This document shows, one piece after another, positions 11,098-21,475 of a DNA stretch of 64,000 nucleotides. How positions within the stretch are numbered: position 1 is the first letter of the stretch; each line of letters opens with the position of its first letter. A program made the translations under genes and the position numbers. The notes below the pieces were generated by a model. The model did not search any database. It worked only from the letters and a program-made list of their open reading frames with translations, and was not told the DNA's origin. The DNA is from an uncultured Rothia sp. (GTDB lineage Bacteria; Actinomycetota; Actinomycetes; Actinomycetales; Micrococcaceae): positions 1,104 to 65,103 of the forward strand of contig CAMIIO010000002.1 of the NCBI GenBank assembly GCA_946221065.1. Reading direction: 5' to 3'.

Positions 11098-11943
11098 ATG
11101 ACTCCTTCGCCCGCTGAATCTGCCGCGCCCGTCCCCGCCCCGTATGAGGATTTATTGCGCGATATCCTCGAACACGGGGACGATAAATCTGATCGCACCG
11201 GCACCGGCACTCGCTCGGTGTTTGGGCGACAAATGCGCTTTAATCTCAAAGACTCGTTCCCGCTCATTACCACCAAGCGTGTGCATTTTAAGTCCGTGGC
11301 AATCGAGCTACTATGGTTTCTGCGCGGGGAATCCAATGTGCGCTGGTTACAGGAACGCGGCGTCACCATCTGGGATGAGTGGGCGGATGACGACGGCGAA
11401 CTCGGTCCGGTGTACGGTGTGCAGTGGCGTTCGTGGCCGGCAGGTCACGGCGAGAGTATCGATCAGATCGCCAAGGTTGTGGAGTCGCTGAAGAACAACC
11501 CGGATTCTCGCCGTCATATTGTTTCGGCGTGGAACCCTGCGGAGGTTGATTCGATGGCGTTACCACCCTGCCACGCATTATTCCAGTTCTATGTAAAGCA
11601 TGTTGAGAATGGGCCGAATGAACTTTCCTGCCAGCTCTATCAGCGTAGTGCGGATATGTTTCTGGGGGTTCCCTTTAATATTGCATCCTATGCTCTGCTC
11701 ACGCAGCTTGTGGCGCACGAGGTAGGAATGGTTCCGGGTGAGTTTGTGTGGACCGGCGGCGATTGCCATATTTACTCTAACCATTTTGAGCAGGTTCGCG
11801 AACAGCTCTCACGCGAGCCCTACCCCTATCCGCAACTTGTTATTAAGACCAAACGCGATTCTCTTGCCGAGTATGAGTTTGAGGATTTTGAGCTAGTAAA
11901 TTACCGGCACCACCCCACTATTAAGGCGCCGATCGCCGTCTAA
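11098..11943 (+). CDS. thyA: Thymidylate synthase
   Basis: Canonical ThyA motifs ('[12 protein letters not shown]', '[12 protein letters not shown]', '[16 protein letters not shown]'). Confidence 0.95.
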   Translation: MTPSPAESAAPVPAPYEDLLRDILEHGDDKSDRTGTGTRSVFGRQMRFNLKDSFPLITTKRVHFKSVAIELLWFLRGESNVRWLQERGVTIWDEWADDDGELGPVYGVQWRSWPAGHGESIDQIAKVVESLKNNPDSRRHIVSAWNPAEVDSMALPPCHALFQFYVKHVENGPNELSCQLYQRSADMFLGVPFNIASYALLTQLVAHEVGMVPGEFVWTGGDCHIYSNHFEQVREQLSREPYPYPQLVIKTKRDSLAEYEFEDFELVNYRHHPTIKAPIAV

Positions 11944-11986
11944 CTCGCATAACTCCCCAGGGCTTCACCGTTGAAAGAGGTTTAGT

Positions 11987-12568
11987 ATGTCTCAGCTTCC
12001 CGTGTTGGGTGCCGTATGGGCACAATCACTGAATGCGGTGATTGGTCGTGACGGCGGTATGCCCTGGTATGCCCCGGAAGATTTAAAGCATTTTAAGGAA
12101 GTCACTCTGGGTGCTCCGGTGATTATGGGGCGTAAAACCTGGGACTCCTTTCCCGAGCAATTTCGCCCGTTGCCGGGGCGGGAGAACATTGTGGTGTCTC
12201 GCCGGGTTGACTCACCACAAACCGCCGGTGGTGCGCTCTGGGTTCCCGATGTTGAAACGGGTCTAGAGATAGCGGTATCGCTAGGGGAAATGGTGTGGCT
12301 AATTGGTGGTTCGCAGCTTTTTGAGGTGGTGCTACCGCGCACTGATCTTCCAGGTGTTGCCGGTGGCTGTCTGAGCCGGGTAGAGCGTACTGTTTTTGCC
12401 TCGGTGGTGGAGGGCGACGCCGTCGCCCCGGATCTTTCCCCGCAATGGCAGTTGGCAGAACGTACCGAGTACCGCGATTCTGCGAGGGGCTGGATTCAGC
12501 CCCACGACGACGGCGAGAAGCTGCCGCTTTCGTATCGCTTTGAGCGCTGGGAGCGGGAGCTTAGCTAG
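11987..12568 (+). CDS. folA: Dihydrofolate reductase
   Basis: 'VIGRDGGMPWYAPEDLKHFKEVT…IMGRKTWDS' DHFR signature. thyA–folA adjacency as in many actinobacteria. AAGAGG RBS. Confidence 0.9.
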   Translation: MSQLPVLGAVWAQSLNAVIGRDGGMPWYAPEDLKHFKEVTLGAPVIMGRKTWDSFPEQFRPLPGRENIVVSRRVDSPQTAGGALWVPDVETGLEIAVSLGEMVWLIGGSQLFEVVLPRTDLPGVAGGCLSRVERTVFASVVEGDAVAPDLSPQWQLAERTEYRDSARGWIQPHDDGEKLPLSYRFERWERELS

Positions 12569-12577
12569 TTGTAGCTG

Positions 12578-13096
12578 CTAGCTGTGTCGAAAGATAGTGC
12601 GAACGCAGTAGATACAACCCATAATGGCAACCAGCCAAGGGAAGTACAAGAGAACATAGGCAACGAGTCCGGGAAAATTGTTACCCAGATAGTCTCCGTT
12701 AGTGTTCATCATGAGGGACGTTGCAATCGTCGCTAAGGTGCCCCATAGCACCATAAGTAGCGCAGGAATTTTGAACCCTGCTTCTAGGGCTCTATCCACC
12801 CAAACGAAAGATTGATTCGCCCCTGTACGCGCGGTAGCAGTCGTCTTGAGTCCGTGCCAGCGGATATTCAGCCTACCAATCCCCCAAAGACATCCCGCGC
12901 CAGCGGCAACCAAGAGTGCAAAAGTACCATAAATGTACAGCCCAATCGGCACGCCGCCATCGGGGTTGAATAAACCATCAAGGCTCGCCCACATAAATAA
13001 AGCACTGGCAACCCACGCGCTAAAGTAGAACGTTTTGCGGGGAATAGTAGAGACCATCATGTGCTCTTTTCTCAAGCCACGGAAGGTCATTTTCAA
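12578..13096 (-). CDS. Hypothetical membrane protein
   Basis: About 4 TM helices. The tracked start is TTG; the likely true start is the internal ATG ATG (MMVSTI) near 13060. No family recognised. Confidence 0.45.
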   Translation of the reverse strand: MKMTFRGLRKEHMMVSTIPRKTFYFSAWVASALFMWASLDGLFNPDGGVPIGLYIYGTFALLVAAGAGCLWGIGRLNIRWHGLKTTATARTGANQSFVWVDRALEAGFKIPALLMVLWGTLATIATSLMMNTNGDYLGNNFPGLVAYVLLYFPWLVAIMGCIYCVRTIFRHS

Positions 13097-13247
13097 CCGT
13101 AAAAATTTGACTGTATACCCATAAAAATATCAAACCACTGTGAGGATAGCTAACATTGCCCCTTCACTATTCCAGCAGTTACGTCATGATGTCACCATCT
13201 AAGACTGCAAGCTGAGAACCTCCGCCCCTTCCGGTTAGACTGGAGAC

Positions 13248-14387
13248 ATGACTTTTACTTCCGGTGACTCAGTAGGATTCGTAGGCTATCGAGGCATGGT
13301 GGGCTCCGTGCTCATGAAGCGCATGCTCGAAGAGGCAGACTTTGAAGGCATCAACCCCGTGTTCTTCTCTACCTCTCAGGCAGGTAAGCCCTCCCCCACC
13401 TTTGACGGCGTGCTCGAAGAAAGCACACTCAAGGACGCTCACGATATTGACGAACTCGCGAAGCTCCCCATCATCGTCACTTCCCAAGGTGGCGACTACA
13501 CCAAGGCAGTACACACCCAGCTCCGCGAGCGCGGTTGGGACGGTCTCTGGATTGACGCCGCCTCTACCCTGCGCATGAACGACGATTCGGTGATCGTGTT
13601 GGATCCGATTAACCGTAATGTGATTGACCGCGGTCTGGATTCCGGCGTTAAAGACTTTATTGGTGGCAACTGCACGGTGTCCTGTTTGCTCATGGGCCTG
13701 GGTGGCCTATGGAAGCAGGGGCTGGTGGAGTGGGGCACCTCCATGACGTACCAGGCGGCTTCCGGTGGCGGTGCTCGCCACATGCGCGAGGTGCTTAACC
13801 AGTTTGGCGCGCTCAATCACACTGTGGGCGCGGAGTTGGAGGATCCGGCGTCGGCAATTCTTGAGATTGACCGTAAGGTGCTGGCTCAGCAGCGTTCCGG
13901 TGATCTCGATACCACCCAGTTTGGAGTTCCGCTTGCCGGTTCACTTATTCCCTGGATTGATAGTGATCTCGGCAATGGGCAGTCTCGCGAGGAGTGGAAG
14001 GCAGAAGCCGAGTCCAATAAGATTCTGGGGCTTGAGGGTGAGAATCGTGTGGTTCTGGATGGGCTCTGTGTGCGTATTGCTACCATGCGTTCGCATTCGC
14101 AGGCACTTACTTTGAAGCTCACCGAAGACCTCAGCGTTGCCGAAATCGAGAAGATTATTGACGAAGATAACGAGTGGTCTAAGGTGATTCCTAATCAGAA
14201 GGAGGCCACGATGGAGGGGCTAACCCCCGTGGCTGCCTCGGGTACGCTGGATATTCCGGTGGGCCGTATTCGTAAGCTGAATATGGGGCCGCAGTACATT
14301 AGTGCGTTCACCGTGGGTGACCAGTTGCTGTGGGGAGCTGCCGAGCCGATTCGTCGCATGCTCAAGATTGCCACGGGAACCCTCTAA
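13248..14387 (+). CDS. asd: Aspartate-semialdehyde dehydrogenase (long, E. coli-type)
   Basis: '[18 protein letters not shown]' N-terminus and an active-site Cys region 'GGNCTVS', about 379 aa. No lysC adjacent. Confidence 0.88.
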   Translation: MTFTSGDSVGFVGYRGMVGSVLMKRMLEEADFEGINPVFFSTSQAGKPSPTFDGVLEESTLKDAHDIDELAKLPIIVTSQGGDYTKAVHTQLRERGWDGLWIDAASTLRMNDDSVIVLDPINRNVIDRGLDSGVKDFIGGNCTVSCLLMGLGGLWKQGLVEWGTSMTYQAASGGGARHMREVLNQFGALNHTVGAELEDPASAILEIDRKVLAQQRSGDLDTTQFGVPLAGSLIPWIDSDLGNGQSREEWKAEAESNKILGLEGENRVVLDGLCVRIATMRSHSQALTLKLTEDLSVAEIEKIIDEDNEWSKVIPNQKEATMEGLTPVAASGTLDIPVGRIRKLNMGPQYISAFTVGDQLLWGAAEPIRRMLKIATGTL

Positions 14388-14405
14388 CGTCGAAAGCTAC
14401 CGATA

Positions 14406-14846
14406 ATGATTGCGCAGTTGCCCTTGCACCGAGCGCACGGAGAGCCTTCCGCCGCGGGCGAGGGCACTCGTGCGTTTACGCTGAGTATCAATAAAGACTC
14501 GGATGTGCCGCCGTATTCTCAGATTCGACGCGCGGTGATTGCCGCGCGCGCCGATGGCACCTTAGTTGCCGGTGACCGGTTACCGCCTATGCGACTCTTG
14601 GCTCAGGATCTAAATCTTGCGGTCAATACGGTGGCTAAGGCGTATAAAGAGCTGGAAGCTGCCGGAGTGATTGAGACGCACGGGCGCGCAGGTAGCTTTA
14701 TTACCGCCCCGGATGCTAACTCGCAGAAGGTCTTTACGTTAACTTCCCGGTATATTGCTACCATGCGCAAGCTCGGCATTGAGGACGAAAAGATCCTGCA
14801 GATTATCGAGCATAATCTTGGTTTGGATGAGCTTCACGAGGAATAG
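14406..14846 (+). CDS. GntR-family transcriptional regulator (short, YtrA-like)
   Basis: GntR winged HTH ('PPMRLLAQDLNLAVNTVAKAYKELEAAGVIETHGRAGSFI'). Confidence 0.7.
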   Translation: MIAQLPLHRAHGEPSAAGEGTRAFTLSINKDSDVPPYSQIRRAVIAARADGTLVAGDRLPPMRLLAQDLNLAVNTVAKAYKELEAAGVIETHGRAGSFITAPDANSQKVFTLTSRYIATMRKLGIEDEKILQIIEHNLGLDELHEE

Positions 14847-14877
14847 CTTTCCTATAACAGAATCAAAATAAACCTTG

Positions 14878-14929
14878 TATCAGATCGACTGAAATAAATC
14901 TTTAGTCGATCTGATATTTATTTGTTGAT
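14878..14929. terminator. Bidirectional intrinsic terminator between the GntR regulator and gntP
   Basis: 13-bp perfect stem (tatcagatcgact / agtcgatctgata) with a 13-nt loop, followed by tttatttgtt. AT-rich surroundings. Confidence 0.7.
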
Positions 14930-14939
14930 ATAAAATACT

Positions 14940-16334
14940 TTATATAACTAGCGCCAGTAACATAACACACGCTAATCCCATGACGGAAAGAATAGTCTCC
15001 ATCAACGACCAGGTCTTAAATGTCTGACCAATAGTCATTCCAAAATATTCTTTCACCAACCAGAAACCGGCGTCATTCACATGGGAAAGAAATACTGATC
15101 CAGCGCCGATAGCGAGAACAAGCAACGCGATGTGAGGCTCAGACATTCCCGCAGCTGCAACGGGGGCCATGATACCTGCGGTAGTAATCGTTGATACGGT
15201 TGCAGACCCCGTGGCCAATCGGATAGCAACAGCAACTAACCAGCCGGCTAATAACGGCGATAACGATGCGCCTTCAATCCACGAACCAATAACTTTTGCT
15301 ACTCCTGTCTCCACGAGCGTTTCTTTAAATCCGCCGCCCGCACCAACAATCAGCAGAATACTCGCGATGGGGGCAAAAGAAGCACCAACAATATCCGAAA
15401 CTTCTTTCAGCTTTTTACCCACGCGAAGACCAAGCACGATCATCGCATATAAGACGGTCAAAAGAAGCGCGACTAAGGGACTCCCCACAAAATCAAACAG
15501 AATACGAAAAATATTGTTTTCACTAACATTTAGCGTTTCTACTATCGTACGACTCAGCATCAGAACAACCGGCATGAGAATAACGGATAATGCGCTAGCG
15601 AAAGAGGGGCGCTGATCCCTAGGTACATGATTCTCAGAATCAAAGGTCATAGGTGCTTGAATCGGAACCCAGCGCACCATAAGTTTTGCTGCCAACGGAC
15701 CTGACACCACCACAGTTGGCAAAGCAACCAGTAAACCCAACCCCAGGGTAAGGCCTAAATTAGCGTGAAGCGCATCAATCGCAATCAGCGGTCCAGGGTG
15801 GGGCGGCACCAAACCGTGTAACGCTGAAAGACCTGCCAAAGCCGGAATCCCCAGCAAAATTACCGGGACTTTTGACCGCCGAGAGACCAGCATAATCACT
15901 GGGATCAGAAGAACTAAACCAACTTCAAAAAATAGCGGAATTCCAATAATAAAAGCCAGCAGAGCCATGATCCATGGTAAACGCTGTATCGAAGTCCGGT
16001 CTAGAAAGGTATCGACAATCTCGTCAGCTCCTCCCGAGCTGACCAATAATGCACCAATGATAGCGCCTAAGGCAATAAGTACACCTACACCGGAGATAGT
16101 AGACCCTAGCCCCGTGCTAAAGGCAGTGAAGGTTTTCCCTAGCTCTACCCCGGCAGCTAACGCCATGACGGCAGATCCCAGCATAAGGGATAAAAAGGGG
16201 TGAATTTTTGTCCAAGAAATCAACACAATGATCGTGGCTATACCCAGACAAGCGGCAAAAACAAGCTGACCGTTTGAAGCAGTTGTTAACGGAGCAGTTT
16301 CTTCAGCAAGAAGTAACGAATTCATGAAAATCAT
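14940..16334 (-). CDS. gntP: Gluconate:H+ symporter (GntP family)
   Basis: 464 aa with 12–14 TM helices and GntP-family architecture. Overlaps gntK by 4 nt (ATGA). Confidence 0.88.
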   Translation of the reverse strand: MIFMNSLLLAEETAPLTTASNGQLVFAACLGIATIIVLISWTKIHPFLSLMLGSAVMALAAGVELGKTFTAFSTGLGSTISGVGVLIALGAIIGALLVSSGGADEIVDTFLDRTSIQRLPWIMALLAFIIGIPLFFEVGLVLLIPVIMLVSRRSKVPVILLGIPALAGLSALHGLVPPHPGPLIAIDALHANLGLTLGLGLLVALPTVVVSGPLAAKLMVRWVPIQAPMTFDSENHVPRDQRPSFASALSVILMPVVLMLSRTIVETLNVSENNIFRILFDFVGSPLVALLLTVLYAMIVLGLRVGKKLKEVSDIVGASFAPIASILLIVGAGGGFKETLVETGVAKVIGSWIEGASLSPLLAGWLVAVAIRLATGSATVSTITTAGIMAPVAAAGMSEPHIALLVLAIGAGSVFLSHVNDAGFWLVKEYFGMTIGQTFKTWSLMETILSVMGLACVMLLALVI

Positions 16335-16855
16335 TTCTCTTCGTCCATCGCCGTAGCAATAATATTTTGGGCAAGTTCTTGTGGAGTTACAGCAACATCA
16401 AGAACCATGCCGCTCTCGGCTGCCGTGAGAGGTTCAAAAATTGCAAGCTGAGAGGGAAGAAGCGAAATGGGCATGAAGTGTCCCTCTCGCTGCGCCATCC
16501 TACGTGCTAGCAATTCTTCCGAGCCGGTCAACTGCACAAAAAATATATTTCCGGTAGCTTCCCGAAGCACGTCTCGATACACCTTTTTGAGCGCAGAGCA
16601 CGTAACAATGGTTGAATGCCCTTCAGCAGCTTGTGCGCTCATCCAATCCCGGAGGCTTCGTAGCCAGGGCCACCTATCCTCGTCAGTTAATGAGTGTCCC
16701 TCAGCCATCTTTTCTTTATTAGCTGGGGAATGAAAATCATCGGCTTCCGCATAAGGCCAGCCCAAAATTTTGTGTAGTTCTTGAGCAACCGAAGTTTTAC
16801 CGCAACCGCTAACCCCACTGATAATGAGGTGAGTTGACGGTAGGTAGGTTTTCAT
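16331..16855 (-). CDS. gntK: Gluconokinase (thermoresistant type)
   Basis: P-loop 'GVSGCGKTSVA'. Start moved to the ATG at 16855, which has a GAGGAGA RBS 5 nt upstream. The tracked ORF starts at 16891. Confidence 0.85.
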   Translation of the reverse strand: MKTYLPSTHLIISGVSGCGKTSVAQELHKILGWPYAEADDFHSPANKEKMAEGHSLTDEDRWPWLRSLRDWMSAQAAEGHSTIVTCSALKKVYRDVLREATGNIFFVQLTGSEELLARRMAQREGHFMPISLLPSQLAIFEPLTAAESGMVLDVAVTPQELAQNIIATAMDEEK

Positions 16856-16972
16856 GGCATTCTCCTCAGATAAATAGACCTCATTGTCCATTCAACCACT
16901 TAACCTGCCTCTTCTTAGAAGTCATAGATTACGCACTTCGGTGGATAACAGGATTTTGCCGTATAGGGATCT

Positions 16973-17365
16973 CTAGTGATAGTGCTCCCGGGTGGGGCAG
17001 TAATGGCATGATTTTTCTCTGCCCGCCCACTTTTTTTCCTGCCGAGCATGACGACGTTTCTCCACCCGAGCCACACCGGAGCGCCAGAAGCTCAATACCT
17101 TCGCCTTAGCCCACACGTTAAGCCGGTGTGCCCAGGTAAACTCCGTGCCCCAAATACTCATTCCCAAAAAGATGAAGAGCCAGCCCGGCCCCGGGGTCAC
17201 CAGCATAATGACCCCGGCTAATAACAGCACAAAGCCCAGCGTAATGACGACGATGCGGTAAATCATCAAAAAGATGAAGTGCCGTGCCATAAAGCCACGA
17301 AAACGCGCCATAGCACGGTGGATTCTGCCATCTTCACTGCCGGCTATCTCTTGATCCAGCGCCAT
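16973..17365 (-). CDS. PGPGW-domain small membrane protein (TIGR02611-like)
   Basis: 'LVTPGPGWLFIFLG' motif within two TM helices. Basic C-terminal tail. Confidence 0.6.
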   Translation of the reverse strand: MALDQEIAGSEDGRIHRAMARFRGFMARHFIFLMIYRIVVITLGFVLLLAGVIMLVTPGPGWLFIFLGMSIWGTEFTWAHRLNVWAKAKVLSFWRSGVARVEKRRHARQEKKWAGREKSCHYCPTREHYH

Positions 17366-17446
17366 TGATCATCCCCTTCAAGGTGCGAGCGAGCACACGG
17401 TGCGAACGTGTCTGTTGAAAGCAGCGAGTCCACGCTGCAATAAGTT

Positions 17447-18541
17447 TTAGACGGTTTCTCCTACAATCACCGGCTCGGGGACCAAAGTAACCCCAAAAGC
17501 CTTGGTGACGCCGTCACGAACAGCACGAGCAATAGCCACCATATCTGCGCAACTTGCCTCACCGCGGTTGGTGATAGCAAGAGTGTGCTTGGTCGAAAGC
17601 GAGGCGCGACCACCTGCAATCGTGGTGCTTTCGCCCTCTAGCCCAAAGCCCTTATCGAAGCCGGCGTGCTGAATGAGCCAACCGGCGCTGAGCTTAGTCT
17701 TACCCTCGATGATATGCTCCCCGCTGGCGTCGGTAACGGGAAAACGGGGTGCGTCATCCGGTAGGGAATCGAGGGTAGCTGAATCAACGATGGGGTTGGT
17801 AAAGAAAGAGCCGGTGGAGTAGGTATCGCGATCTTGCGGGTTAAGTACCATGCCCTTAGACGCGCGGAGCTTCAGCACGGTTTCTCGGACGCAGATTGAA
17901 GGGGCGCGCTGCCCCACCTCGACGTCGAGCTGGCGGGCAAGTTCCGCATAGCGAATCGGCGCGGAAAGCTTTCCCTCGCTGAACTGGAACTCTACGGAAA
18001 GCACCACATAGCGCGGGGTGCCGTTCTCTATGCTCTGTTTGAGCACCGAATCACGATAGGCAAACTCTAAATCCGCGAGAGCAAAGGTTTTGCGAGTGCC
18101 TGTGTGACGGTCCCAGGTGTGTACGCGGGAAATCGTTTGGGAGACTTCGGCACCGTATGCACCCACATTTTGCACCGGCGTTGCGCCTACGGTTCCAGGG
18201 ATCCCGGAGAGCGCTTCAACACCGACCCACTCTTGTTCGATGGCGTGCTGCACAAAGCTATCCCAGTTGTGCCCTGCTTGAACGCGCACGTTGGCGCCAC
18301 CGCAGGCGGGGACGTCCAGCTTTTCAATGCCTTCGGAAGCAATGTGGATAACGGTTCCGGGGAACCCGGCGTCAGAGACCAGGATATTTGAGCCACCGCC
18401 CACTACCAGAATGCGCTCGCCGGCGTTATCGGCTACGTTGACGGCGTCGATAATTTCTTGTTCGGTAGTAGCGCGCACAAATTTTTGGGCGGGACCGCCC
18501 ACAGCCGCGGTGGTCAGTTCTTTTAAAAGCATGTCAGTCAC
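17447..18541 (-). CDS. murB: UDP-N-acetylenolpyruvoylglucosamine reductase
   Basis: FAD-binding PCMH domain ('VVGGGSNILVSD') and a MurB C-terminal domain. Confidence 0.9.
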   Translation of the reverse strand: MTDMLLKELTTAAVGGPAQKFVRATTEQEIIDAVNVADNAGERILVVGGGSNILVSDAGFPGTVIHIASEGIEKLDVPACGGANVRVQAGHNWDSFVQHAIEQEWVGVEALSGIPGTVGATPVQNVGAYGAEVSQTISRVHTWDRHTGTRKTFALADLEFAYRDSVLKQSIENGTPRYVVLSVEFQFSEGKLSAPIRYAELARQLDVEVGQRAPSICVRETVLKLRASKGMVLNPQDRDTYSTGSFFTNPIVDSATLDSLPDDAPRFPVTDASGEHIIEGKTKLSAGWLIQHAGFDKGFGLEGESTTIAGGRASLSTKHTLAITNRGEASCADMVAIARAVRDGVTKAFGVTLVPEPVIVGETV

Positions 18542-18632
18542 TTCTCTAGTTTAGCGTTTGGCCGGTGGGGAGAATATGGAGTGGATTGTACCCAGGGGTG
18601 AACATGAATACACTATCCCTTTATTTTGTGGG

Positions 18633-19844
18633 CTACTGAGCGGATGTCTGTGTGCTAGAACGCCACGTGCCCAGGTAGCGGGTGAGGGCTAGGGACATCA
18701 GCATAAACGGCAAAATCACTAGTAGCGCGTGGCGCACGTTAAGCAGTTCGGCAAGCCAGCCGACCATAGGCGGGCCACCCAAAAACGCAATGTACCCAAA
18801 GGTGAATACCACCGAGACACGCACCGAGGATTTGAGCGGATCGTCCGAGGCCGCCGAGATACCGGTGGGGAACCCGAGCGAGACACCAATGCCCCAAAGG
18901 AACGCCCCCACCAGCCCGAGCTCCGTCACGGGAGCAAAGATAAAGAGCAGAACCCCAAAGATAGCAACGCAGCAGGAAACCCGTAGCACCCTGGTGCGGC
19001 CGTAGCGGTTGAGGAAGAAACTGCCAGCAAACCGAGAGATAGTCATCGCCACCACAAAAGTGGCGTATCCCAGTGACCCGCCGGTGTGGCTCATCCCGTA
19101 GTCTTGGGTTAGCCCCAGAGCAATCCAGTCGTTCGCGGAGCCTTCAGCAAGCACCATCCCCAAGCAAAAAAGCCCTAACAGAATCGTGTGCTTATCGCGC
19201 CAGGCATCGCGTACCCGGAAAGTAGGCGATTGTTGCTCGGCTTCATCGGGGGCTTGCATGTTTTCACTGTGAAGCCAGGAGTAAGTGAAAAGCACAATAC
19301 TCATAATGATGAGCGCGAAATACACCATGTGCCACAGCAGAGGTATTCCCGCGTGGGTATCGGCGGTAGCAAGGAACGCGCCCACCACGCTACCGACGGC
19401 AAAGCAACCGTGCATGTAAGGGGTAACAAATCTGCCCAGTGCTCGTTCCACAGAAACCGACTGGATATTAGAGCCCACATTAGAACCGGCGGTTCCGGCG
19501 CCCTGCAACACCAGCCCCACGGTAGCCAACGGAATACTGCCAAGGTGAGCGCCTAACCCCACCAACACAATTCCCGCACAACCTACCGCGTAGGCAACCA
19601 GCAGATAGGGACGAGAACCGAAGCGGGTAACCATCATCCCAGAGCAAGAGACTGTAAGAAACGATCCCAGCATCATCATGAATAGCAGAATCCCCAGCGG
19701 GCCGGCAGTAATACCGAGCGAAGCGGAGAAGTCCGGGATACGCGCCAGCAACGACGACGTCAATAACCCGCTAGCAAAGAATTGGGCGAGGATGGCACGG
19801 TGCCAGCGCGTCATCTGGCGCGGAGTCAAGGTGTGGGCAGACAT
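18633..19844 (-). CDS. MFS transporter (paralogue 1)
   Basis: 12-TM MFS protein. About 60% identical by eye to the upstream gene across the 'RVRDAWRDKHTIL…AEGSANDW' segment. Confidence 0.8.
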   Translation of the reverse strand: MSAHTLTPRQMTRWHRAILAQFFASGLLTSSLLARIPDFSASLGITAGPLGILLFMMMLGSFLTVSCSGMMVTRFGSRPYLLVAYAVGCAGIVLVGLGAHLGSIPLATVGLVLQGAGTAGSNVGSNIQSVSVERALGRFVTPYMHGCFAVGSVVGAFLATADTHAGIPLLWHMVYFALIIMSIVLFTYSWLHSENMQAPDEAEQQSPTFRVRDAWRDKHTILLGLFCLGMVLAEGSANDWIALGLTQDYGMSHTGGSLGYATFVVAMTISRFAGSFFLNRYGRTRVLRVSCCVAIFGVLLFIFAPVTELGLVGAFLWGIGVSLGFPTGISAASDDPLKSSVRVSVVFTFGYIAFLGGPPMVGWLAELLNVRHALLVILPFMLMSLALTRYLGTWRSSTQTSAQ

Positions 19845-19885
19845 AAAGTTCCCTCATCGAAAACGACCGGTAGTTGCCACCAAGC

Positions 19886-21292
19886 TTACTTCTGTTCGGG
19901 ACGGATGTCCGTTTGTGACTGTTGTGCTACAGGTAGCGAACCGGTAGGTAGCGGCACTGCCCCGGTCTGAGGATTGGTGCCCGTGAACTGGTCTTGGGGC
20001 GGTAAAGCCTCACTATGCTTTTCCGACGATTGGGGCTGTTCAAGCTGCTTGGTCAGCAACAGAGATACCACAATGAAAAAGAGCACGGCAATCAATCCGT
20101 TGCGAATACCGAAGTGCTCACCCAAGAATCCCAAAATCGGCGGGCCACCCAAGAACGCTGCGTAACCAATCGTGGAGACAACCGAAACGCGCACCGCGGA
20201 CTTTATGGCGTCGTCGGAAGCGGCGGACATCCCCGCCGGGAAGCCGAGCGAAGCGCCCAGACCCCAGATGAACAACCCCACGAAAGCCAGCGGTAGATTC
20301 GGTGCAAAAATAAAGAGAGTGAGTCCGACGACGGCAAGCGAGCAGGTTACCCGTAGCACGCTCACCCTGCCAAAGCGGTTGAGGAACCAGGTGCCGCTGA
20401 AACGTCCGGTGGTCATTGCCAACACAAACATGGTGTACCCCAGCGAACCAACCGTCTTATGTGTACCCATATCGTGGGTCAGTGCCAGCGCCACCCAGTC
20501 GTTTGCGGAGCCCTCGGCCAGAGCCATGCCCAGCACAAAAAGCCCAATTAGAATCGTGTGCTTATCTCGCCATGCATCGCGCACCCGGTAGGAACTCACC
20601 TGAGCCAACGCCTGAGTGTCATCTTGCCCGTAGTTTTCGCTACGGCATTTAGTCAGCGAGATAACAACAATTAATAAAATGAGGACGGCAAAATACAGCA
20701 TATGCCACATAAACGGCACGCCCAGCCTCGTATCCAATGCCCCCAAACCGGCACCCGTCACGGTTCCAATCGAGAAAAACCCGTGCATAATCGGCGTAAC
20801 AAACCTGCCCAGCGCCCGCTCCGCAGAAACAGCCTGCACATTCGCGGCAACATTTGAAGTTGCCATACCCAAACCATTCAAGATGAGCCCGACGGTGGCA
20901 AGAGCAACGCTCGAAAGCTGCACGGCCACCCCCACCAGGGAAATCCCCGTACAAGCCAGTAGATAGCCCGCCACCAGGCACGCGCGCGAACCAAATTTAT
21001 TCACCACGTAGCCGGAGGCCGTCACCGCAGAAAACGAGCCGATCGTCATGCCCAACAGCAACACACCCATCGGACCTGCTGAAAGATTCAGCCCGGTGGC
21101 GACGTCGGGAAGTCGAGCAAGAAGAGCCGAAACTAAAAATCCACTGGCAAAAAAGATACCGAGAACGGCAAAATACCACTGTTTAATCTGAGCTACGCTC
21201 AGTGGGTTAGCTGATGCCACGAAGAACATACTCCACGCTAGGGAATGTGATGGGAAGAAGCCAACGCGGTTTAAAGCCCGCAAGCAACTCAT
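19886..21292 (-). CDS. MFS transporter (paralogue 2, with a C-terminal low-complexity tail)
   Basis: 12-TM MFS protein. Tandem duplicate of 18633..19844 with a 41-nt gap, consistent with an operon. Confidence 0.8.
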   Translation of the reverse strand: MSCLRALNRVGFFPSHSLAWSMFFVASANPLSVAQIKQWYFAVLGIFFASGFLVSALLARLPDVATGLNLSAGPMGVLLLGMTIGSFSAVTASGYVVNKFGSRACLVAGYLLACTGISLVGVAVQLSSVALATVGLILNGLGMATSNVAANVQAVSAERALGRFVTPIMHGFFSIGTVTGAGLGALDTRLGVPFMWHMLYFAVLILLIVVISLTKCRSENYGQDDTQALAQVSSYRVRDAWRDKHTILIGLFVLGMALAEGSANDWVALALTHDMGTHKTVGSLGYTMFVLAMTTGRFSGTWFLNRFGRVSVLRVTCSLAVVGLTLFIFAPNLPLAFVGLFIWGLGASLGFPAGMSAASDDAIKSAVRVSVVSTIGYAAFLGGPPILGFLGEHFGIRNGLIAVLFFIVVSLLLTKQLEQPQSSEKHSEALPPQDQFTGTNPQTGAVPLPTGSLPVAQQSQTDIRPEQK

Positions 21293-21475
21293 TTACCTTT
21301 TCAAACTGAGCCTGGGCGGTCAAGGTTTTTACACGATTTTATGAACGAGTTTTTCATACTCTAAAATCAGTCTTCACAAATTAGACAGCAAGTGTGAGCA
21401 GTATCTACTATCAGGAAAGTCTTCACTTCTTGTCATAAAATCCAAAACAACTCTCGGGAAACCTACGATTAAACT

